From the IMG/VR virus record IMGVR_UViG_3300036860_000214: a stretch of DNA of 64,000 bases; one strand, 5' to 3'. Position numbers and translations under genes: made by a program. Source of the stretch: an uncultured virus (IMG/VR IMGVR_UViG_3300036860_000214). Taxonomy: Duplodnaviria; Heunggongvirae; Uroviricota; Caudoviricetes. The notes under the pieces were generated by a model. That model had not been told where the DNA came from. It saw only the letters and a program-made list of their open reading frames with translations, and did no database searches. This document shows positions 56,214 through 64,000 of the stretch, piece by piece (the first letter of the stretch is position 1; the number at the start of each line of letters is the position of its first letter).

Positions 56214-57661
56214 CCGGGCTGGTCGCCCGAGGCGCTGCCACGGCGGGTCGCCAGCGCCTCGGCGGCGCGGGTGACGACCGGTGGCGGCAGCAGACCGGGA
56301 CGGTCGGCCTTGAGCGCGCGGATGCGCGTCACAAGCTGGTCATGCCGGCTCGAGTGCTCCTCCTCCTCAGAGGGGGGCGAGTCGTCGGCGACGAGTCCCG
56401 AATCGTCGGGAGCGTCGGGGGATGGCTGGTCGTCCGACGAGTCCGCGTCCTGCGGAGCGTCGGGGGGAGCGTCATCCCGGAGCAGGGTGGCGAGTTGCGC
56501 ACGCTCGCCGGGGGCCAGGCTGGAGAGCAGCTGCGCGGCCAGGCCAGCGCGCATCCCGACCACTGCCGCCTCGGCGTAGGCGGGGAACGGGGTCGGGCCG
56601 TACTCCCGCAGCGTCGATTCCATCCGCCGGACCGTGACCAGCTCCCCGCCCGGGCCGGGACGGAACCCGCCGCGGGGTATCCGGGTGATGGGGCGGCCGG
56701 TGTGGTCGGTCGCCGACGACCGCAGGTACATGCCCTGGAAGCTGTAGCCATCGATGGCGCCCTCGCGGATCAGCTCAAGGACCTCGTCGGCCAGCGCGGT
56801 GCGGTGGTAGCGGGTCAGCGTCCACAGCCCGCGGGCATCGGCCTTGACCTCCATCGGCGACCCGATCGGGACCGACCCCCGCTCCGAGGGGGTCCGGTAG
56901 ATCGTCATGCCGTGGTTGTAGAAGACCCCGACGCGCCAGCCGGTGCGGCCGCCCGCAGGGGCGGCATCGCTGATGGCGCGGTTGAACATGACGCGGTCGT
57001 TGACCTCGAGGTAGTGGCCGTCCTGGTCGTGGATCTCGGCGGGGGTATCGAACACCGCCGCGTAGGCCTCCACGGTGCGGCCGTCACCGCCGGCGCGGAT
57101 GCGGATGTCCTCCAGCGGGAACGAGCGGACATAGGGGTGCAGGCCGTCGAGCAGCTGGTCGGTGCGGCTGCCCGTCGCGCTCATCCCTGCTGCGGTCATG
57201 AGGCCCTCCGGGGGGTCTTCGTTGAGGTCGTTGCGGTAGAGGCTGACGAGCTTGCGGGCGGCGGCGCGCTTCTTGTCCGGGGAGACACCCGTCACCGCCC
57301 CGACACCGTGGCCGCCGCCGGCGGCATGCACCGCGTTGCGGTTCAGCGCGCCGCTGGGTTCGCGGACGGGGAGCTTGTAGCGCTGCTTGCCCGCGCCTTC
57401 GCCGGTGTCGATCAGGCACGCGCGGGCCCACTGCTCGTCGGTGTAGTCCGCTTGGGTGAAGTCCGACCAGGGCCGGTTGGACACGGCCACGGCTGCCCTC
57501 CTGGATGCTTGCGGCTCGGCCGCGTACAGGGCGGCCATCTGGCGTTCTGCGGCCTCACGGGTGGCGTGGCAGCGGCCGTCCACCGACCCGTCGGCGTCCT
57601 TGATGACCCCGAACGGCTTGGACGCCGGACACTGGGATGTCTCATCGACGTGGTAGGGCAT
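56210..57661 (-). CDS. HK97-type prohead protease with N-terminal extension
   Basis: GRTVEAYAAVFD...FYNHG...DARGLW...IDGYSF...EYGPTPFPAYAEA. Confidence 0.9.
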   Translation of the reverse strand: MPYHVDETSQCPASKPFGVIKDADGSVDGRCHATREAAERQMAALYAAEPQASRRAAVAVSNRPWSDFTQADYTDEQWARACLIDTGEGAGKQRYKLPVREPSGALNRNAVHAAGGGHGVGAVTGVSPDKKRAAARKLVSLYRNDLNEDPPEGLMTAAGMSATGSRTDQLLDGLHPYVRSFPLEDIRIRAGGDGRTVEAYAAVFDTPAEIHDQDGHYLEVNDRVMFNRAISDAAPAGGRTGWRVGVFYNHGMTIYRTPSERGSVPIGSPMEVKADARGLWTLTRYHRTALADEVLELIREGAIDGYSFQGMYLRSSATDHTGRPITRIPRGGFRPGPGGELVTVRRMESTLREYGPTPFPAYAEAAVVGMRAGLAAQLLSSLAPGERAQLATLLRDDAPPDAPQDADSSDDQPSPDAPDDSGLVADDSPPSEEEEHSSRHDQLVTRIRALKADRPGLLPPPVVTRAAEALATRRGSASGDQPG

Positions 57662-57664
57662 CGC

Positions 57665-59176
57665 TCAGCCCACCCCGGCCGGGACCGGGGGCTTGCCGTT
57701 GCTCGCGGCGATGGCGCGGAGCCCACCGGGGCTCAGGTTGGCGCCGGCCTGGTTCAGCAGCGCCCTGGCTTCCTCAGCCGACAGCACCACGCCGACCCCG
57801 AGGTAGACCTTCTGGACCATCTCGACGAGGTTGCGGGCCTGCTCGGCGGGGGTCGCCGGGGTCTGTCCGTCGCCCTCACCCGGCCGGATGAGCTGCACGC
57901 TGGTCAATCCGGTGTGCCGCAGCAGGGTCTCGTCCTCGGTGTTAGCGGCCTCCACCGCCGACGCGGGCTCGAACCCGGCCTCCACGTACTGGCGGATCGT
58001 CTGGGCCTTGACGAACTGGACCTGGGCGCGGTCGGCGGCGTCCTCGCGGAGGAACGCGATCTGGCTCTCGTCGAACCACAGCCTGGCGCCCCGGTTGGGT
58101 GGCGGCACGATCGCCTGAAGCGACCCGCAGACGTTGCGCCACAGCGGCCGTAGGGTCGTGTCGGCGGTGACCCGCCGGGCAGCGCCGAAGTTCCCCGCGT
58201 TCAGCGAGCTGCCCTGGAGGCCCTCCGACAGCCCAGCGATCACGGGATGGATGCCGGCGGCGGCGGCGATCCTCGTCTCGCCCTTGCCCTGGGTGTTGGA
58301 GAAGTCCAGTTGGGCGAGGTCCTTGCCGGCCACCGTCACATCCGCGCCGCCGCCGAGGTAGAGGGTGCGGTAGGCGTTGCGCCACCCGACGTTCTCCCGG
58401 TCCATCTTGGACACGAACTTCTCGAACGCCTCCTGTGACACCGAGGCGTCAAATGACACGACGAGCTGGGGGGTGGCGCCGTTGCGGAAGAACCCGAGCT
58501 TGTGTTCGGTGGTGGCCTGGTCGCCCTCGATCTCCCGGATCACCGGCGTCAACCACGACATCCCCCGGAACCGTGCCATGGGGTCGGGCTTGGGCGCGAA
58601 GTGGGCGAACTCCGACCGCGTCAGCGCCTCCGGCTCGGTCGAGCCATCCTTGGGGTCGTAGATGAGGCCGATCAGGTTGGCGTCGAGCTGGCTGGCGCTC
58701 TGCACCGGCCGGCCGTTGCGGTCCCCCATGACCAGCGTCACCCAGTCGGGACGCAGCAGACGAATCTGGTCGGAGTCGTCGGCGGTGCGGGCCGGGTAGG
58801 CGTTGCCACCCAGGTCGGCGTGCAGTAGCGCCTTAGCGAGCAGGTCCCCGGTCGTGGCATGCGGCCACGGCTGTTCGAGGATGTCCAGGTCGGGGGTGGA
58901 GAACAGGCGGCCCGGCTTGCCGGCGTTGAACGCCTGCCAGATGAACCACGCCTCCGAGAAGATGTCGACGCGCTTGGACTCCACCGCGAACACCACCGCG
59001 TTGGCCTTCAGCGCCCCCTCGACCAGACCCGCGAAGTTGGCCTCGATGCCCTCCTGGTCGACCTGCCCCGAGGTGCCGACCGCGAAGTAGCCGCCCATGC
59101 CGAGCTGGAACGGGTCGGGGTCGGTCGGGAACGGCCAGGAGAACCCGCGGCGGGCGTGCTGCAGCAGGTTCGTCAC
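57665..59176 (-). CDS. HK97-family portal protein
   Basis: LGGNAY...LLRPDWV...FRGMSWL...FFRNGATP...IAAAAGIHP. Confidence 0.92.
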   Translation of the reverse strand: MTNLLQHARRGFSWPFPTDPDPFQLGMGGYFAVGTSGQVDQEGIEANFAGLVEGALKANAVVFAVESKRVDIFSEAWFIWQAFNAGKPGRLFSTPDLDILEQPWPHATTGDLLAKALLHADLGGNAYPARTADDSDQIRLLRPDWVTLVMGDRNGRPVQSASQLDANLIGLIYDPKDGSTEPEALTRSEFAHFAPKPDPMARFRGMSWLTPVIREIEGDQATTEHKLGFFRNGATPQLVVSFDASVSQEAFEKFVSKMDRENVGWRNAYRTLYLGGGADVTVAGKDLAQLDFSNTQGKGETRIAAAAGIHPVIAGLSEGLQGSSLNAGNFGAARRVTADTTLRPLWRNVCGSLQAIVPPPNRGARLWFDESQIAFLREDAADRAQVQFVKAQTIRQYVEAGFEPASAVEAANTEDETLLRHTGLTSVQLIRPGEGDGQTPATPAEQARNLVEMVQKVYLGVGVVLSAEEARALLNQAGANLSPGGLRAIAASNGKPPVPAGVG

Positions 59177-59453
59177 GGGCTACCGTCCACCGGATACAGC
59201 AACAGGAATGACACCGCCATGACGAGACCGCCGAGCATCAGCGCCCAGCCGAGGCCGAACTGCACCCCGACACCCCACGCGGCCACCGCGACGCCGCCCG
59301 AATAGCCGACGCGGGCGCGCACCAGATGGGACGCCCGGCGGGCGCGGTCCCACAGCCGCCGGCCCACACGCGCGGGGCGTTCCAGCATGGCTCGGGGGTC
59401 CAGCAACAGCGGACGGCGAAGCGGGAGCTGGCGCACTGCCATCGGTTCGCCTC

Positions 59454-61077
59454 CTACCGGTACGCCGCCCATGGGGCAGCCGCTGCTGGTTCCGCCTCGA
59501 ACAGCCCGGCCGCTAGCGCGTCGATGCGGGCCGCGTCTGCGAGCACCCCGGCCACCGCACCGTCGATCTTGCGGGGGGAATGCGGGCGGTCCTTCTGCAA
59601 CACGAACGGGCGCGCCTCGCCGTCGTCGACCCGCAGCCGCACGTACAGCTTGTGCGCGTTGGCGACATGGCGGGCCAGCCGCGGGTCGCCGTCGTGGGTC
59701 AGCTCACCGGAACGGATGCCGGCGTCGGCGGCCAGCACCGCCGGCGCGAACCGGCCCGCCGAGTTGGTCGGGAACTCCGCGACCACGTCCTTGCCGTACC
59801 GCTCCGCCCAGGTCGCTAGCCACGCCCGGTACTCCCGCGGGTCGCCGTAGAACCGCGGCACCCGCCACCTGGCGAAGGTGTCGGCGACGGCTTGGTCGAC
59901 CTCGGCCTGCGGCACCACCCAACCATCGCCGGTCCGCCCGGGTGTCCGCTCCCACATGGCGATCACGAACCAGTGGCGGTCGCGGGTGCAGCCCAGCAGC
60001 GTGGTCGAGTCCCGACTGATCGACCCGTCGAACCCGACCGTGATCGGCTCGCCATCGGCCACTGTCACCGTTGGGTCGGCCCGGGCCGCCCACACCTGCG
60101 GGTCGACCCAACGCGCCGCGCCGGCGCGGCGCTGGTTCAGGAAGTAGCGGCGCTGCTCGTTCTCATCAAACCGCGGATCTCGGATCTCGGCCATCAGCCG
60201 CGGCAGGTCCATGACCCCGGCGAACGGGCCGTAGCCGTGATGGAGCTCGGCCAGCAGCGCCCGGTCGTCGCCAAGATCGGGGACCGCGTCGTCGGCGGCA
60301 CCCTTGTGGTCCAGCAGTAGCCGCGGCAGGGCGCCCTTGGCGTGCTCGACGTGGGTGTCCTCAGCGACCGACACCTCGCCGGGCGCGTACATGGTGGAGG
60401 TCTGGAGCATCCAGCCTTGGCTGTCGCGGCGCTTGGCGGTGTTGCGCCGCACCATCCGGTACATGCTCCGCAGCTCCGGCAGCACGTACAGGTGGGTCTC
60501 GTCGGCTTCCCCTCGATCTAGCCACCGCGAAGGTCTCCTTGCCGCCGTCCTTGGCGGCCGAGCTCGCGGTGCTAGGTCGAATCTCACCTCCCCCGGGCAG
60601 ATACACCCGCGTGGAAGTCTGCCAGTCTCGCCCGAGGTCGACGCCGCCAAACATCTCGGGGTGAGTGTCGCGGGCGACCTCCAGCATGTAGGCCACGTTG
60701 GCGTAGGTGTTCCCGGCCTGCCCTTCCTCAGTAGCGAGGGCCCGCACAAACGGATACCGCACCGAGCGGCCGACCGGCTCCCCGGCCGCGTCCCAGCCGT
60801 CGAACCGGACCGGGCCCCTGGCCTCCGCGCAGACCAGCATCCCGGCCAGCTCCGACTTCGCCCGCCCCTTCGGCCGACTCAGCAGCGCCTCGTCGTAGAC
60901 CCGCCTCCCGGTCACCGGGTCTAGGGCATAGGCGCGCAGCAGGAACGCGGTCAGCTCGTCATCTAGGCGGATCGGGGTACCCTGCACGTCGCCCGGGCCA
61001 TGCACCAGGTAGGCTTCAATCCACGCCAGGACCTGCCAGCCGAGGGTCGGGCGGCCCTCGGGGTCGACGTCACGCAC
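59454..61077 (-). CDS. terL: Terminase large subunit, split by a 16-nt insertion at Walker B (60507-60522)
   Basis: RPKGRAKS Walker A; KETFAV[insert]ADETHLY; GFDGS nuclease motif; RKIDGAVA. Confidence 0.9.
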
Positions 61078-61498
61078 CGCCGGCCAGCCGCTGGCGGCGG
61101 TCCTCCAGCGACGAGACGTTCCCCTCGCCACCCTGGGCCACCGGTTCAGCAGTCGGCTGGCCGACCGTCCACAGCAGCAGCCGCATCGCCTTCGGCGTCA
61201 GCCCAAGCTCCGTCTCCAGCTTGCTCGCCTGCGCCTGGATCGCTGCCGCCGATCCGGGCCGCTCAGCACGGAGCATGATCCGGCAGTAGCGCGCCACCGT
61301 TCGCGTCCAGCCGAGCTTCACCCACGCGAATGCCTGTGGGGTCCGCCAGAGCTGCGGCCAGGCCTCCTGCTCGGCCTTGGTCCACCGACCGGGCAGCGGC
61401 CAGGCCGGGACCTCGCCCTGGTAGCCCTCGGCAGGAAGCTCGAGCGGGCCGACCCGCGGCTTGTGGCCATGCGGCTCGAAGCTCGGAACCTGGGGCAT
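61070..61498 (-). CDS. terS: Terminase small subunit
   Basis: VPAWPL...WPQLWRTPQAFAW...ELGLTPKAMRLLLW; directly upstream of terL. Confidence 0.85.
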   Translation of the reverse strand: MPQVPSFEPHGHKPRVGPLELPAEGYQGEVPAWPLPGRWTKAEQEAWPQLWRTPQAFAWVKLGWTRTVARYCRIMLRAERPGSAAAIQAQASKLETELGLTPKAMRLLLWTVGQPTAEPVAQGGEGNVSSLEDRRQRLAGGA

Positions 61499-61776
61499 GA
61501 CCCTTCACCTCCGCAGCCCGAGACGTCTGATGGGTCGGCACAGCGAGATCGATTGGGCGGGGGCGCGAGAGTCGGACAAGACGGACGTGCCGGCCCCGCC
61601 CCCCTACCCTCCCGCTCAGGCTCCGCGTTTGCTGGCCGTCCATGCGGCGGCCCAGAACCCCAGGCCGAGGCTGAACAGGACCACGTCGCCGCCCTTGACG
61701 CCGATGGCGTCTGCGAAGAACGACAGCGCGGCGAGCACACCGAGGATGACGGTGAGAATCGGCACGGGTGCCGTGG

Positions 61777-61953
61777 CTACTTGTCGGTGCCGAACGGCGG
61801 GCAGTGGTCCTGGCCGCTGGCCTGGCACTGGGTGGAGCCGTTGTTGGAGTGGCCGCTGTTGCCGGCCGGGGGGTCGGCGAGGGCGGCGGACAGGCCGATG
61901 GCGGACAGGGCGAACAGGGCGACGCCGACGACGGCGATGCGCGCCTTGGTCAT
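61777..61953 (-). CDS. 58-aa secreted peptide with two Cys
   Basis: MTKARIAVVGVALFALSAIGLSAALA-DPPAGNSGHSNNGSTQCQASGQDHCPPFGTDK. Confidence 0.6.
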   Translation of the reverse strand: MTKARIAVVGVALFALSAIGLSAALADPPAGNSGHSNNGSTQCQASGQDHCPPFGTDK

Positions 61954-62128
61954 GGTGATCTCCTGAGGTGCTTGCGACCGAGAAGTACCCGGCCGAGGAC
62001 GACGATGATGAGGGGTCGCCAGTAGATGTGGCCGTAGGTTCGGTAGCCGATGTGGGTGCCGTAGGTGCCGCCGTACCACTTGCGGCGGAACTCGATGTCC
62101 GGCTTGCGGTAGGCCCGCTGCGCCTCGC

Positions 62129-62470
62129 TCACGGGTTCCTCCTGACGGTGGCACCACTGCTTGAATTGTGACGCCTACAGAGGGTGACCAGCGGGCCAGC
62201 CTCAGCCTCAGCGATGGGGACACCTGCTGCCTCCGCTGCCGCCACGTCGATGAGGTGCCCTGCGGTTAGGTCCTCGGTGGCGCCGCACCCCGGCCACTGG
62301 CAGAAGGGCACGGCTTGCACCTGCTGGCGGCGGCGCTGCTGCTCGATATGGCTGCGGCGGGTGGGGCGCTTGGCGTCCTTGGCCTGCTGCTTGGCGCGCT
62401 CATGGATGGCGCAGCGAGGCCTGCCGGGAAGGGCCCAGCGGAAGCACTCCAAGCACCTGCGTAAGGCCAT
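62129..62470 (-). CDS. Terminase-associated HNH protein (HK97 gp74-like)
   Basis: RRCLEC...RCAIH...PFCQWPGC..EDLTAGH...LCRRHNS; upstream of terS. Confidence 0.75.
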   Translation of the reverse strand: MALRRCLECFRWALPGRPRCAIHERAKQQAKDAKRPTRRSHIEQQRRRQQVQAVPFCQWPGCGATEDLTAGHLIDVAAAEAAGVPIAEAEAGPLVTLCRRHNSSSGATVRRNP

Positions 62471-62555
62471 GGGCACACTCCGCTGAGTACGAAATCTAGC
62501 GTGATTGTCAAGTTGCGGGGCGCTGACCAGGGACCGTGTTCCCAAACTCGGACAT

Positions 62556-64000
62556 TCACGTCCCGGTCTCTTGGGTGCGGGCCGGCCAGTTCGCCGCCTC
62601 ATGGGACCGCCTCGCCCACCGGTCGACTAACTGCGCCAACTCGGTGTGCCACCCGGCACGGAGCTTCTGGAGGTCACGGACCAGCGGGTCGGCGAGCTCG
62701 GGTCGCAGCCGGGGGCGGTTGTTGCGGCGGTCCTCCTCGTCGGTGCCCCAGTCCAAGCGCTCTTCGACGGGGCGACCCAGGCCGTGGCGGCCGATGGTGT
62801 GGCGGCCGATGGTGCCGCCGCCTTCGGGACTGCGTTCGCCGCCGGGGCCGAACATGGCGGCGTGCTTGGCGTGCTCCAGCTCGGTGTCCAGCCACAGCAG
62901 CAGGTCCAGCAGGGTCGCCACGTCGGGGAACCCGTTGGGGTTGTTGCGGCTGTGGTGCCGCATGGCGAGCTCTTCCAGGTGGCCCTGGGCGTTGGCGAGC
63001 TGGTCGGTGGTGGGTCGGGTCAGGGTTGGGCCTCCGCTTCCTTGACATCGCGCTCGATCTGGTCGGCGGCGCGCTGGAGCGCCCTGGCGAACCGCCGTGC
63101 CACCCTCGGCGGCAGGTACTTGTAGTCGGTGCCGTGGCGCCACATGACGGCGGGGGGCTTGGGGCCACCGGCCCGGGTCGGCATGCCGGGCCAGCGGGAC
63201 ACGAACACGGCCAGATGCCCCTGGGCGGGGCCGAGGATGGTGGCGACCTCGGTGTCGCGCTGCCAGCCACTCACGACCCGCCTCCGTCCTCGGCCAGGTG
63301 CGCCGCGTGCAGCTCCAGCACCAGGTGCGGATCGGGGCCGGCGAGCGCGCCGTGGGCGCCATTCAGGTCCCAGTCGAACGTGCCCAGGAACGGCCCGAGC
63401 TGCACCCGGACCGGGAGGGTGTCCGGCAGGTCGGGGTCGTTGATGATCTCCCGCAGGTCGGCGACGGTGGCGGTCATGGCGCCACCTGCGACCCGTAGCG
63501 GGCGACCAGCGCCCGCACGGTGGTTTCCAGCGCGGCCAGGGACGACTCGGCGACCGCGACCTTCCCGGATGGCAGCTCCAGGCGGATGGCGATGGATGGC
63601 GCGCCGGAGCGCATGCCGCCCTCCAACGCGGCCATGCCGATGCGGGTGCCGCAGTAGACGACGCCGCTTTGGCGAAGGTCCTCCCAGGCGTTGTCGCCTT
63701 CGATCTTCAGGTCGATCACGGGGTTGCTCATCAGAGCGGGTCCTCCGGGTCGTCGTCGTCCAGGTCCTCGTCGGGTGGGGCGAGGGCGAGCTGCGGCGTA
63801 GGCCATGAACCGCGACAGGTCGGCGTTGACCCAGGCGAGCTGCCGCTGGTGGTCGGCGCAGTCGGTACGGGTGCATTCCTGGAGGCGGTCGAACTCCGGC
63901 CGGTCGCCGAACTCGGCCACGAACACGGCGCCGCACCGGGTGGGGTTCATCCGCCGCACCGCCCCTGCTCGCTCAGCGCCTGGATGCGCCGCAGGATGTG
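62556..64000 (-). other. Small hypothetical genes (e.g. 63020-63274, 63271-63477, 63474-63731)
   Basis: Coupled short minus-strand ORFs. Confidence 0.5.

Noticed and set aside
32086..58153. Long plus-strand ORFs such as 32247-34049, 40512-42215, 44547-46469 and 56342-58153
   Set aside because: Shadow frames of well-supported minus-strand genes, expected at high GC
60507..60522. Programmed frameshift at GGGGAA in terL
   Set aside because: Needs a +1/-2 shift and would still leave extra residues inside Walker B
61500..61620. cos site
   Set aside because: Position fits, but the cut sequence cannot be identified without read-end data
62784..62815. 15-bp tandem repeat encoding TIGRH twice
   Set aside because: Simple in-frame slippage duplication with no further structure
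1..64000. CRISPR array, cas genes, tRNA or rRNA
   Set aside because: No regularly spaced repeat-spacer series or recognisable RNA gene seen by eye; a tRNA scan was not run

Overview
The whole window is one high-GC, temperate, HK97-like siphovirus of an actinobacterial host, and no host genes are visible. Layout: a leftward early/recombination arm (1-11043), an immunity/tyrosine-recombinase region and rightward accessory arm (11206-20885), then a leftward late operon running from terminase through head, glycosylation, tail and lysis genes (62470 to 20953). No replication genes lie in the window. Main observations: (1) eight antisense, mostly leaderless mini-gene units sit between late genes. 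Each shares a CTAG/TTAG stop with the upstream late gene, and the -10 box often doubles as the Shine-Dalgarno of the next late gene. (2) An NDP-branched-sugar and glycosyltransferase set (Gmd, C-methyltransferase, four GTs) sits between head and tail genes next to Thr/Ser-rich proteins. (3) A conserved promoter plus two-hairpin leader precedes four HNH genes. (4) A dif-like XerCD site. (5) Truncated 5' copies of genes precede inserted modules. (6) Frame-breaking lesions occur in terL, the tape measure gene and one GT. All calls come from reading motifs by eye; no searches were run.
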